Assembly (NCBI GenBank): GCA_003344405.1
Contig: NOWV01000225.1
Span: 1 to 64,000, forward strand
Direction of reading: 5' to 3'
From: Trichoplax sp. H2
Lineage: Eukaryota
DNA length: 64,000 bases
Shown: in pieces, positions 1 through 14,730 of the stretch
Layout of the letters: each line of letters begins with the position of its first letter
How positions within the stretch are numbered: the stretch's first letter is position 1
Translations under genes and position numbers: made by a program
Notes under the pieces: model-generated
What the model was told of the DNA's origin: nothing
Seen by the model: the letters and a program-made list of their open reading frames with translations, nothing else
Database searches by the model: none

Positions 1-3000
1 ATTATCAAAATTAATACGATATGGTTCCCAGAGATAGCCGTACATCAGACAATCTGTTCGGTTGGTTATATAATTAAAGGTTACAGATTTCAAATGCGAA
101 TTGACGCATCTAGAAAAGGCACCAGCAAATAATTGTACCCCACAAATCGCAAAGACCAGCCAAAATATAGAACAAACCAAGAATACATTAAATATTGACG
201 GTATCGATAGCAATAGAGCGGCTACTATGATCTAAAACATCATAAAAATTAAAAGTTGATTAATCAAAGGCAGTAGAAGTGTCGGAACTGTATTTCAAAT
301 AATACTAAAGTTTCAAGCGAGTCAATTCTATTAATATTGATCTTGAGTATACATATGAAAGTTTAAAATCATCAAATAGTCAGATATTTCATCATATATT
401 GGTTATGAGCATATTCTGATCAATTCTTTGATTGATTAGACAAGAGATGAATTTATTCCCAACATTACCTGTAAATTGTTCATTCGTGGTATAATTCTAA
501 TAGAACGAAGAGAATTAACGATATTATATAATTTCTTTTCTTCTGTGTCAAGGAAATAAGTTGCGAAAGATAACTATATAAAAATATCAATTAAGAACGA
601 TCAAAGTTGGTTAATATATTTATATTGATACAAAATTATAGATGGCTTAACACTGATGCTATAAGCTGATTACTAGATAGATATTGAAATTAGAGTTTCT
701 CTGATTTCAATGGTGTGTTATGCTATAATTCATACGTCATTATGATTAAGTATGATATGCAGTAAAGAAATCGAATCACAGGTATATGGTAGCATACGCA
801 TACAAATTGTAATGAGTAATAGAAATGTCTTTGTTTCTATATAAAATTTACTTATTACTGTATTTCTGAATTTTCGCTAGTACATTTTTGGTATATTTCA
901 TATTCATAGAACAAATGAATCTGAATAGTGAGCGTACTCGATCTTATTTATTACGTGATAAGTGATATAGAACGATGGCGGATAGATTAAAACTAAAGTA
1001 TAGTACAAACTATTTGAAATACGAATATGGTCCAGGTAAGAAATAAATGATTTTGAAATGTATTTTATAATATAAAGTTTGTACATGAATAATTATGATT
1101 AAAATAGAAATGTAATGCAGACTACTTAGAATTGAACATAACACCGATGATAATTATCAAAGTTCACGTATTAATTAGCCTTCAAAGACATCTCATTATA
1201 ACTAACAGCTGTTTTCATTGCTCTAGAAATAATAAGCCTACCCCAACGATAATAACGTCCATCATTTTCCAGGGACTGGTACAAAAATTTACACAACCAT
1301 GTGCGAAAAAACTGACAATCAGTTCACCAGCAAAAAAAGAATTGATAATGATCTCAAGCATACTAAATGCTGATGGTGATGGCGAAATTGTATTTGTTAC
1401 TCCGTTTTCGTTGATGACCTAAAAATTTCACAAAAAATTCGTTGATGTATTTATTTGATTTTAAAATAAACTTCAACCATTTTTATAAATACTTTTACAT
1501 TACTGAAAAGTAATTTATTTATAGAATTTACAGCTAAGCACTGAGATATATTAATTACTGAGTCTACTGTTCTTTCTAGTTTATAACAAAACTAGGCATG
1601 ATAAATTTCACTGCTAAAATTGTATATTCGAGTGATCTTGGTTACCCTCACCAGTATTACGCAATGAAATATGATTAGCAAAAGCATGAAGGTTTTATAC
1701 CATCGATTCTCTATAACAAGCAACAATTTCTTTCGAATATAAGTAATCAATCGAACTAATTTCCAGTCATAGGTGACTTGGCAATGACAGAAGTTGGTTA
1801 GAAATGACGGGAAAAAAGCTGGAACGGTATTTTCCGATCCGAATAGGAATGTTAATGCCCGTTGAAAATTTTTCTGTATCGAATTGATAATATATTAATG
1901 GTGACAGCTTAAAAGTACATATATCTATTTATTGAGAACGGCTATCTTGCTATGATTATCTACTAAATATTGAAATTAATTAAAATCATCTATATTTACC
2001 TTTTTAGTACCCGATTTCTTTCCATCGACTCCATCCTCAAGTTTTGCTTCAATCCTTTCACTAAGTGTGCCGATCGATGCTTGTGTCTCTCTTCCCGGAT
2101 CTCGTCGGTAAACATGCCTCCTTCGATCAAAATTAGTACTACTAACACTTAATTTTCTTTCTTGATCATTTATATCGGTTGCGGGTATCTGCATTGTATT
2201 TGAATCTTTCCGAAAATGAATATAGTCTTCTCTAGTAATGCTAGACAATTTAGATTAATCAGATATTGCCTTCGTAGATATTCTAATTCATGACCGTTAT
2301 CATAGTTTGTTTTTAACATTTGAAGTATGCCTATGCTATTTTACCATGTTTACTTATTGTCATCTATATGCGATTGGACAGAAATAAATTCATTAGCCCT
2401 ATCTTTACTGATTCGATTGCTGATTCTACTGCTACGTATTACTTACCCATTAAATATCTTTAAATTAGTTGCATTATTTCTTTCTCTTGGACTTAGAATT
2501 ACATCCTTGGTTACTTTTCATCAAAGTAAATAGAAAATGAAATAAAAAATATTAAACTAGAAAGTAAAATATGCGATTTCATTTCCTTCCTTCTATAAGC
2601 GATATAAATAAATATGTACCATCGTCGATATTAGCTAGTGCACCGAAATCCTGAGATTCAATAATCTTTTGCTTGTTTGTTCCATCATCTCATAATTTAG
2701 TCAAGAACGAGTAAATTATATGTATATAAATTATTGTTATTATGATGAAGCTGACGAAAGCAGATTAAAAATAACGACTGGTGCAATAGTCAATCTGCTC
2801 TTAATTAATCGTATGAACTAAATTTTCACTTTGCTAATGTTTAAAAATTCTTATGTAAGACTACCTTCTGTGGTATCTTCAACAATCACTGGCGAAGGTA
2901 TATCTGACGATGGTAGATGGGATGACTCGGATGAAGTATTATACGTTTTACCTCCTCGAAGGGAAGAATTGCTGAATGTATTTTTATGAAAGTAGTTACT

Positions 3001-6000
3001 GATATTTCTCTTCTCATCTACGCTTTCTACTAAAACAAAATCATCTTGTGAAGCTTCGGTTCCAGGGAAATCACTAGCTGTCTTTTTTAATGTCCTAGTC
3101 CGAAATTTTGCTACGTTAGCCATTTGATCATCTTGATCTGATTCATTTTGATCATGTAAGTCACCAGCTGTAGAACTATTAATGACATTCCGGTTGAATT
3201 TTAAGGGATTTTTTAATCTACGTATGGCGACTCTTCTGCCAATTTTGGGGGGACTTTCTTTTAATTCTATATTCTGTTTCATTTGAGGAGTACTCTTACT
3301 TTGTGACAATCTACCAGAAAAAAGCATTTTTCTTTTCTTGACATTCGTCTGCTCAACGGTGTTTGGATTTAAAATAGCGACGCCATGAATGCTAGCACCT
3401 TCAATATTATTGCTATGCAAGGTGGTTAGTGAATGAGGATCTCGCTCAATTGAGTTACGAGAGGAATTACGATTAGTTTCTCCACTGGTGCCACTTTTTA
3501 TCTGATGATGATTGCCTATTTGTTCATTTTTTTCAATATTAACATTGAAGTCTTTCGTGATAATAGGTTGCTCTTTTTGAGAATTTATATCCACCTTATC
3601 ATTCTCAGCTTCAATTAAAATAGGACTATTCGTAGTATTCGATGTCATCAGTGTCTCACTAGTTAATTTGATAGGGTTCCTGATCATTAAATTACCATTA
3701 TCATCTATTGCCATTTGATCTAGATTACTATCATTGCTTTTGGTATCTGTTGGACCATCTTGATTTATATACGCATTTTCGCTGGTATGATAAATACTAG
3801 TCTCTGAAGCAATTTTATTTTCATTTGCAGTACTGATTGGCACCGAAATCAGTTCTTCTTCTATATCTGAACATTTACTGTCTTTCTCTTTCCTAGAATG
3901 ATGGTAGCATGGATTAGTTAAAGTTGCCCACACTCTATCCACTTTCATAGCTCGAGACATTCTCTGCATTCGAGTTAGGCCTTCTTTCTTATTATCATCA
4001 TCGTTATCACCATTATTACAGTTGTTAACTTCACCATTATTGATGCTATCCTCTTCAATCGATGCGTTCTCCAATGAGCTAAGTAACATAGCTAAAAATA
4101 AATTTAAAACCTACAAAAAAATAATCAAAGATATCAATTCTATTAATACCTCTAATATTCCTTTTTCTACAGTTTTAGTTTCAATTTTAACTAATTAATA
4201 CAATTTTAATGTGCCATACAATTCAGCATACCAATAAATTGCCAATAATATACGCGGAAAGAAAAAATACGATAGATACATATGAACCAGTGGCTTTTAT
4301 AGCATCGTTAACAGGACCCGACCATTCACCACATATAATGCGAAAAATAACTAAGCATGAATTAAAGAAGCCATCAAAATTAAATCTAGGCTGATTTTTG
4401 CCAAATGTTTTTTTATAGCCTGGTTCAAATAGTTTTACGCCCAAGACAGCGAATATGTAGATATAAATCAGAACCATTAAGCCGATATACATGATTGCTG
4501 ACGAACTTTTACCCAATGCTGATAATAATTTACGCATAGCCGGCCATGATTTAGCCAACTTGAATACACGAAACTAAAAAGTTGGTATAGATATTAGAAT
4601 GACTTTATATCAAATCGCTACTAATAAATTACAAAATTTCAACGAAATATGGATTATGTCAATAGAAAAATAAACAGGTTAATCACATATAGAAAATTTC
4701 ATAACATACCACGCGGCAAGTTCTCAATGCATTGACAGTTGCCGTAGAAATCTGCATTAAGGTTAAAACGACATCAACTATACCAATAACGGTAACGATA
4801 AAGTCAAGAATATTCCATTTACTTTTTACATAACAATGCGGAGTTAGTGCTATTACTTTTAATACCATTTCCACCACAAATAGCGATGCAAATGCCTATT
4901 AAACAATAGATAAAAGCATAAGTAATAAATTTGGTAATTTTTGTTCATTATATATTACTTATATCTTTAAAAGTCTTTAACGATTAATAGATACTTTATT
5001 TTAAGAGAAAGTGCCGCAGTTTGTAACATTAGATTCAAAATCTTGTAATTATTAATTGCATCAATAGCTGTAATCAATATTAATAGTGATATTGTATGAT
5101 AAATTGATCTTTTTCTTTGAATAAGCAGTTTTAGACCGTATCTATTATTAAGCACAATACTCGTAAAATTTTTAATATTTAATAAACTCTTAAAATACTT
5201 GATGGTATAATTCGTTTGCGTTCCACTATGGAATGAAAATTTAATCAAATTATCTACTAAGGATTCAATTTTAATATTATAATGCGATATGTACGATAAT
5301 AGAGTAAAGACGTAAATACTGAATCAATATACAAGTACAGGATGTGAACATGTCGAGATTCTGCTCGAAATGTTGTTACAACATAGAATTTTAAATTTGA
5401 TGCCTTACCGTGCGAAAGACAATGCCGTGCTTAAGCATATCTTCATATTAGTTATACTTTTACTTACAATAAATTTCAATCCCTATCGATCAGAAAATAC
5501 TGCCGTTAATGTATTCTACTTACATAGCCAACATACGTCTCCCATGGCCATGGAGTTAAAGGATTAGAAAGAGCCAGAATCACAAAATCGCAAAGAACGC
5601 AGGTAATCATAAAGATCTCAAAAGTAACACTTTGAACTATTTTTAATAAGAATTTTCTTATTTTTTCATTTGCTGATTTCTTGGTTGTAGCTACTGCATG
5701 TATGGCAATGACACAATTTAATGTAGTATATTCAACCATCCCAAGAGAATCTAAAAATCCAAGTTAAACACAGTGGGATGTTATTAGTTTACCAATTTTG
5801 AAATTGAAATATCATAAATTTACAACTAAACTAACAATAGCCGCAATGTACACTACAATTTATTAAATAATTAAATTGCGCATAGATTTCTCAAAGGTTT
5901 ATAAAATTATAAAATACATAAATACATATGGCTTCTTACTTCTGTTTTCATTCATTCGAATGGACTGATTGCTAGCTTTTGATAAATTAATTTCTCTACC

Positions 6001-9000
6001 ATTTATTGATAACTTGTCGGAAAAGTCATTACATGGAATCAGGAGCTCACCACTAGAGTTATTTTTCTTGCCACCATCAGATAAACTAATTTTCTCTAAT
6101 CTTAAATTATTGGCCGAAAGACTACTTTCCAAGGCTCTTTCAGGTACATTTTCCGGAGCTGGCTTTAAAGCATTATGATATTCTCTACCATTAACTTCTT
6201 CGGAAAGTTCAATATTTATCAAATCATTGCACCTCATGTTATCTTCGTCATTACTATTTATAGTATAAGAGAAGGAAGATCTTGGTTCGATGATTTTACT
6301 TTGATTGACTGAAATTTTATTCTGATGTTGTTTTTGAGGCTTTTTAGGCTTTTTAGCTAGTCTTGAATAAAAAATGGAGAAGCAACCAGCGTGTCCTGCT
6401 GGTTGCCAAAGTTGAGGTGGGACTTCTAATAAATAGGGAATCAGCGTTTCATTTCTTGTCATTTGGATAAATTTTTCGATATTTGTTTGCTGATTTAGTT
6501 AAAGGAAGTAAGAAATGTGAATTATTAAACTACTAGGGAACCCATATAGATATCGCTAAAGCTCAAACTGAATATAATCTTATAATCGATTCTTATCCTA
6601 AGCCAGTTGTATAGCCTCAATGCTACTATGTTACACCGGTATTCAAGAAATAACATAGCATTAAAGTTATTATGCTGTGCCATTAATTTAATTAGTAAAA
6701 ATGATCCTAACTGAACAGCAAGCTACCAATAATAATTTATTTGTATATTACTTATAGTCTATGTATTACTAATTCAGTTCGTAACGTAAAGTATGTTAGC
6801 TGTCATACCTGTTCTTTTACAAGTTTTTGCTGTTTACTATAAGCCATTGATACAACAGCTAATATTAAATTTAATAAATAATCGCTCCCAAGGAAGATGA
6901 TAGCTAAAAAATAAGGGAAGTACCATATACTTGTAGCTCTAAGAACCTAACTCGAATTAAAAAAGGAGCACCATAAGTATATTTATAGCGGAACTATGAT
7001 AGCTATAACTTTGAAAAAACATAAGCATGATTACACTAATTCAATAAATAAAATTTAATAAAAAAAGTACTGTCACAACACTAAATAGTAAGTTTGATCA
7101 TTCATATCATACGGTTTGATAATCTGTATCCCATTGATCTTGCGTCACGATTTGTAAGTTTACATATAACGATAGAGGAAAGTTATCGAAACTGAGTAAG
7201 CCACGGCCGGGATTAGGAAATAATCCTTCATAGCAGGAATAGCCGCTTGGACACAAACTTTATGGAAGCACATATAAATATGTAGAGAATTGTGACTATC
7301 CCACTGTGCTGATTACACATTATAATTACATCTAATTACCATCAATCTAATATTAATAACATGCCACGAAAAAATTCAATTGCACTACTTACTAATTATC
7401 GGAAGTATTACCACATACTTTTGTTTCACCATCAATATAAAGCCAATTACCTATCCAATATTTAAAGAAAGTCTCAGAATCAGCTACAAGATTAACATAT
7501 TAAACGTAAGAATCAGCAGTAAAACAAGATAGAGAACTTATTTGTTAGCACCAAAATATGCAATAAATATATGTAGAGAAAGTATCGTATAAGTTACCGA
7601 AAACTTTTAAAATCTGGTATTTTGTAAAATACCTGAAACTGCCAAATTGCCGCTAACCTTTATTATTAACGGCAATTTGCTAAATCAGCCATTTTATACA
7701 CAAACATTCCTAGCACAACATTTTATAGCACTGCCGTCTTATTAATATAGGTCAAATTAGCATAAACTGCGAATTATAATTGCTAGAATACAAGAAAAAC
7801 TTACTCGTATTGGTCACAAACTGGTTGAATGATGCATAGCTACCATTGTAATTTGATGCATTATACGTTAAGCAACACTTTCTTGTTAATACTCCCATGA
7901 ATAACTGTACGCCCAATAGCGCCACACCACATAAGAAGAACAGCGTTAAAGAGAGTACAGTTACTAACATATGGATAGACTGGAAAACAGCATTAACGAT
8001 GCTTTTCAATCCTATCAAGGTTTTTTAATCAATTTTAGTTAGAGAGCCCAACATAGCGGTTTATTCAATCATCCCGATCTCATTATTTTTCAATATAACT
8101 AGACGCAATACCAGATCAAATAAATTAAATACTGCTACACTAAGGGCAATTTTAATAGCTTTAATTTACCTTTCACCATCGTCACCATTCTGATCGCTCT
8201 TAGAACTCGAATAACGCTGATACCTGGGATTACATTTAAGCCTGGTACAAATACTGTATATCTAATACGAATATTATAATAAAGCGAACTATTAACAAGA
8301 AATAATTTTGAATACAAGTCATAATTAAACCTAATAAAATATTCTGATTTAATATTTAATACTGTATACAGCTTTTACACAAAATTGAATGAAAGGAGGA
8401 CAACAAAAAAAGTAGTGGTATTAAACTATTGCAACTATGCAATTACCCTACTATAACAATAACCAAATCCAGCCAATTCCATAGATCCCTTAGAAAGCAA
8501 AATTTATGACGAAACAATCCTCGAGCAGTAATTTTAAGTAGCATTTCTATGGTATAAATCGCGTTAAAAATCGCCCTAGAGGGAAATTAAAGTAGAGATT
8601 CATTTATCATTGAAGAGCTCAAAATCTTAACTACGTATCTAAATGTAAATTAGCATTTAAGTAAACTTATGTCTTAAAGAACAGCAAAGAGACTAGTCTT
8701 AATCTGATTTTTACTTACGATGCATATAGAGGAATAGTATACGGTAAGGCAATTATAACGCAATTAACGACAATAGCTAAAAGAATTATGAATTCAAAAT
8801 ACTTCAAGATAAGTTAAGGGCAGAGATCAGAGGAATAAATATTTTTTATTATTTTATTATTAAAGCTTAAGCTTAATTAATTTTTCATATGTATATCATG
8901 CAACTAAAATGGATATTGATTAGTCATAATCTTAACAGCCAGGTATCGAATCCAATTATCAGGTTCGAGCACAAAAAGGGACTTGGCTGTATTAAATCGA

Positions 9001-11798
9001 TAAACTTCATAAGAACCAAATCGCCTGACAATAATACAAAATGTCTAAAGAAAAAGATAGAAAATTAATTTGATAGATTTAGTTTCCCAAGAAATCAATT
9101 ATAAGGATAGATAAGTCTTTATACATAATTGCAATCTTTGTTTAAATATTATTAAAATTCCGAAAGAACGCCACAATTGAAATCATAATCTATACTATAG
9201 AATATAGATATGCAAATAATCTTAAATCATACAGTATATGCTTTTATATCACACTAATTTTGATCGCTTACTAATTGATTATAGATTATTGAAACATGTG
9301 AGATCTTAAATACAGATATTTTTGATATGCTTGTATGCAAATTAATGCATCATACTCGTACACTGGTTAAAGGGCAATTGTATTACACAACTGATATAAC
9401 TAGCCGATATAGGTAACATTTAATTCAATGCCCTTGCAATAGCAAATGAACAGTTATATTTAGAGATTTATTCTATAGGGCGGAGTATTCGATGTCTATC
9501 GTAAGAGTATAATTATAGAAGGATAAAAATTAAGAAATGATCACAAGTAAATACGGTAAAGAAATTACCAATCGATTTCCTATAATATACTATGATTTGT
9601 GACTTATTGACATTATCCTAACGCCTCTACTACATGGCGCTAGTATCTATTGTGGTTATCGACAATATCTACTTTCGTAATTTGCCTATATTAATGTAAG
9701 ATATCCCAAATTGTTACTATATTTCCCATCTCAATATATCATTACTAGAAATCATAGATTTTGGAATACTGTAAAAATTTTAGAGCGGTCTGTTATTTCA
9801 CGATCCAAACTCGTTATACTTGATAGAAATTTTTCAGATACCGTCGGATTAGTATCCGGCCACATTAGAGGAGCAACATATACATGAAAGAGACCTTTAA
9901 TGCTATATATGCGCTAATACTTTAACTGATATAAAAAGGAAACAGCGGGAGCGACAAGAAAATTATTAGAAACGACTTCTACAGTATGTAAGACACTGTA
10001 TTTGTATGTCACAATTTCTTACAAGAATTCCTCCAGCATGCCATAATTCCATAATAATGGGTTATACTGTGGTAATAATTCCAACTTTATTAAAAATATT
10101 TCAGTCATATTATAGGCCAAGGTATTTTAATCAATTTTTCAAGGTTTTACAGTATCGCATCAAGATTAACTGATGCAATAAATGGATACCCAAGCTCTAC
10201 TCTATGTACGAATTGATAATATGCAGGTATTTATACATACATATTATAGGCACAAGCTGGTATATAGTGGCATCATTCTTACTAGGGATACATAAAAATA
10301 GCGAATATATTNNNNNNNNNNNNNNNNNNNNTATATACAGTAAGCTGTTGAGTTACTAATATGGCTATAGGTAAAAATAGAACTGTAAATCATATATTAG
10401 GATATGGTTAATTCATTGTACTTTGGCTGGTGTGAATAATGTCTACGTAAGTACTGTAGTCGTATCCATATTGGATTAATGATGGTCCGCAGTAGAATAG
10501 TCTTACTAAGAATAATTTAACTATGTGTAAAATAAGGTAAAAGGTTGCCATGCGGATTGTAGCTGCGAATGCTACGAAAAGTATAAAAGCATTCAACTTT
10601 AGATTATTCTGTTAGTTTGTTCTAGAAGTCTTTAGAAGTAGTATTCGGCTAGAGTAGAGCTGTGTAGTTAATCTTTGTATAAGATTCAATAAAGCTCTTA
10701 TTTTTCTAAAATTTGGAATTTCGTGATTGGTATATATCACACGCATCAAGATTAACTGATGCAATAAATGGATACCCAAGCTCTACTCTATGTACGAATT
10801 GATAATATGCAGGTATTTATACATACATATTATAGGCACAAGCTGGTATATAGTGGCATCATTCTTACTAGGGATACATAAAAATAGCGAATATATTATC
10901 GTAATAGTGTAAACTTTGCGATTCTTGATAGCTTGTAATCAAGGCCTTTGGAATATGAAATAAGTTTATAACAATACGATAAGAACTTATCCTAACCTGG
11001 TAGGATATCTAAGAGTAACGTGTGTTTTACTAGGACACGCACAAGTATCTATATTCTACCTATGTACCATAACATCTAGACTTTGATAAGAATTACAATT
11101 TTGGCGTAAAGACCATATTAAGAGAGAAATTTAGTTTATTTGGAACTTGCGGGTAGAAAGAAATAGTCCGTACTGACTCTGAATTACAAGAAAGTGAAAT
11201 TTTACGCGTAAATTAAATTTTTGCTTATTATAGGCCAATTTATATTAGTTTTTTTCCAATAATTAAAGGCTAACAGCACGTGTTTGACTTAAAATGTGAC
11301 AAAGTCATACTAAACTACTGAATTATATTCTTGTAGTAATCAGTATAACACTACTTTCAATATTGTACACTGTTTGGAGGTGAAAATAAACTGAAGCGAT
11401 GCTAATATTAAAGGTGTAGAAGCTATCGGAACGATCAAAAAGATAAGTTAGATGATAATCGGCTTAATAAAATAGAATTTGAATCAATTATAATGATTGT
11501 AGCAATTAAGGCAGTATAAAGATAACGTAAAAGAAAAGTAAATATAACCTATTCTATTCGTTGTACTTACATTGTCCTGCGTTTCGTCAAAATCGACAAC
11601 ATATTTGCCGATAAGTTGACTTTCTTCCAAAATGCGATATCGACGAGAATTTTCATCGGTAGAAACCACTTCTATGTCACTGTCATCATCTGTAACCGCT
11701 TGAACATCTTTTAATTTGACTTCAGCGCCTCCATCAGCATTAATATCGATATGATAAGTAGATTTTCTTCGTACATTATTCCTATTTGAAAAAGCCAT
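1..11798 (-). CDS. Voltage-gated sodium-channel-family alpha subunit, Nav2-type, paralog C (partial: N-terminus to DIII S5-P loop; continues past the left edge)
   Basis: N-terminal exon LIGKYVVDFD. DI S4 [13 protein letters not shown] and pore VTQDQWD (about 7113-7257). DII S4 LRTCRV|FRVFKLAKSW and pore ICGEWSG. Long II-III linker. DIII exons are S1 1652-1873, S2-S3 about 1240-1419, S4 469-573 and S5 1-231, which ends WEPYRINFDN. Confidence 0.92.
8803..8916 (-). other. U12-type intron with apparent AT-AA termini before DI S1, paralog C
   Basis: 5'ss ATATCCATTT, branch CCCTTAAC. The frame (TNQ-YFEF) is kept only if the intron ends ...CTTGAA|G. Confidence 0.7.
10156..10897. other. Assembly gap (20 N, 10312-10331) with an exact 156-bp duplicate (10156-10311 = 10742-10897)
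   Basis: Identical sequence CGCATCAAGATTAAC...GCGAATATATT occurs on both sides of the gap. Confidence 0.9.
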
Positions 11799-14730
11799 GT
11801 CTACGACTTGCAGTACTTAAGTTAGATCTACGAAGATTCCAAGCTTTCTTTAGTTAATTCATCCAAGAAGAGAATATTCAATAGAATCGCAAATTCTAAA
11901 TAGAAATGATTCTGCTATCGTAACTGTTTATTTAACTCTCAAATATGAAATTGGACAAATATACAACATACAAGTACAGCGCTCAACTTAACTACGTTAC
12001 TCTTATGATAACCATAAATTATTATTTGAATTTTTTGTTGCGTATACCGGATATGATCGACTATAAGGATAGTCTAATTAAATTATGGCATTCAAAAGTC
12101 ACTAAGAACAATGCATACTATACAATAGGTAAATTATTATGAAATTTTTCGATTTTAGTTGCATCAGACGCCTTTTAATACACTTAAACGATAATTATAT
12201 AACCGCTTTAAATCATCATATGCTATACAATGGATTAAACTAACCATTTTAGTCTATTCTGGCGAGGCCATATGGCTCTATTAATTATTGACGAGTCCTA
12301 ATCAAAAGTTATTACCATTTTATTCATAATAAATAATTATGATGGATATAATTTATAGATGATCAAAAATATATGTTCTATTCAAAACTATACTTAAGGA
12401 TGACACATTATACGCCTAGGAATTTATTGACCCCTAGAAAATGTTGCATAGAATATTTTGTGATATCAAAAATAATTTCTAGTAGTGATAAAAATCAATT
12501 TAACGTAGGTAATTACTAAAATATGCTTTAGAAGTTCAATTACAACCTGAACTAGCAAATCCTTCCAGCGAAATGGGTTTACTTTAGTATTTTGGAAACT
12601 GTTCCCTAGAATTTCTAAAATGAATATTTTAACAGAAGTTAATGTAGATATGAGTTCTCAATCTTATCTTGTGTAATACCAAATTCCAATTATAGTACAC
12701 AATATAACTCCATGCAACAACTGCTAAATAAGGGTTTAGTAAGCCATATGTCAAGATTATTAGATTATTTTAGATCGAATTAGCTTTAAATAATGAAAAT
12801 TTTTACCTGCCTTATGGGTATTTGTCAGATAAATAAATTGCAACTGAAGAATAGAATACCGTTACAATAATTAAAACATTTAATGAAAGTGTTCTCTTAA
12901 AAATATAGAAGAGCTTGAAAAAATTTTGATCTCGCCTACATATTAGACATGTCGTTCATTTTTTGGCTGTATTATATTGGTTCTATTTGGACGGTGATTT
13001 TAGCTAATATCTCCAATTTAATGCCGGAAATTTTTGCTTAGTCCATGGATCGAAATGATCAAAGTGAAATAATCATGGCGCATATAATTCTTACATTCTT
13101 ACATGCGGAATGGATCAGTTTAATAGTATGAGCTAAGGATGTATTATGAATCACCAGGAAACAGTTTATATGTTACATACGAGCACCCATTATCAAAATT
13201 CAATGCAATTAGCAAAAACTAATAACTAATTAACTAAGTGACGCTCATCTTCTAATCCAATTTTCCCTCTGTAAGATTCTTATTTGTGATGTGCCTCTGA
13301 GGTTACAGCCATGGACTATTCAATTTCTATGGTGTAGAAATTTAGTATTTCATGATACGGCATTGCTATCCGGACTTTGTTTGTCCAGTATTATACTATC
13401 AGCCATATGTACAGTTAATTGAGCAAGTTAGAATAATCAGTTTGGAAAATTAATTATTCTATCTATAGATTAGATCTGCCGGAATAATGTCATTTTACTA
13501 AATTTCAGTAACGTCTATATCAGCAATCTTGTCATGTTCTGGCATGTCATCAGGTGATTCTATGGCATTTTTAAACATCTATCTGATTTAGAGCTACAAT
13601 CTCAATACTATCAGTAAGAGAATACCTTGGAAGTTTTAACAGGTCTACAACAACTATCTATATCACAATATAAGAGGATTGAAAGCCTCATCACTAATAT
13701 AAGAGTTTAAGTATACAAGTATAAGTAGGTGATAGTATCTTTATTACTGTGAAAAGACTAGCTTATATATCAATCATTAAAATTTCAAATCAAGATGTGA
13801 TGAATTTTATTGATCATAAAGCAATGGAAAATACCAAGTAAAGCTCAAACGACCTTGGGAATACAATCTAGCTGGCCATTAAATAATATACTTAGATCAT
13901 TGTTCCACAGAATTACCAAAGAAACGCATAAATCATGTTGATCCTTTTGGAGACGCATAAATTATTCATAATACACAAACATATTACATATTCATGAGAT
14001 GATATTAAAGTGCAGCTCCAAAAATAGTTAAAGATTGAGGTTATAATTTTAAATAGAATTGTTAAAGTCGTAGACTAAATTGTGAGGTTACAAGAAGCAT
14101 CTATTTATAGATGATATTCACGGTAGGAAGGCAGAAGTTTTGCAGAGACACTTATATTACTTACCACGGGTAGACTCTGTTGCAAAATATTGGACAGTGA
14201 AACAGTTTTAGACTAAAGATAGATAATCCTTGATAATTTGATACCCAAACTAATTTTACACAATTTAGTAAAGTTTAAAATAGATAAGGTGCTTGTTATC
14301 TTGTTACATTATTTTGAGACTCTCTATCATAGATATGCACTCCATTTTAGTAAGGAAATTATGCAACAGTTATGATTCATAAATAAATTCATAGCCAGAC
14401 GCAGTTATAATTGCTGCCACATCTACTGCAATGATATAGATTATTTTAATCAAATATTATGTACGACATCGACCAGTATGTAATAACTAAAGAACTATAG
14501 AAAATTGATTTAGTAATTGAAATTTCTTTTTATGGTTGAATATACCCGTAGATTATTTAAATAAAATAATTACTACATATTGCCTTATAATACTACCGTA
14601 GTAGATATTACTTGTCATAAGTAAAGCTATCTCATCCTTAAAATCATTATAGAATTATTTTCTATGATATGCTATATATCTATACAGATACTCGTATCCT
14701 GAATAGACCAGCAGAGAGTAATCCCTTACT

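Noticed and set aside
3815..3860. ISVPISTANE in the II-III linker of C as an ankyrin-G-binding motif
   Set aside because: It is only a partial match to VPIAxxESD, lacks the ESD, and is absent from A and B.
10156..10897. Exact 156-bp direct repeat flanking ORF 10408-10596 (possible LTR or mobile element)
   Set aside because: One copy abuts an N gap. It has no TG...CA ends, target-site duplication or transposon coding signal. It is most likely an assembly or haplotype overlap artefact.
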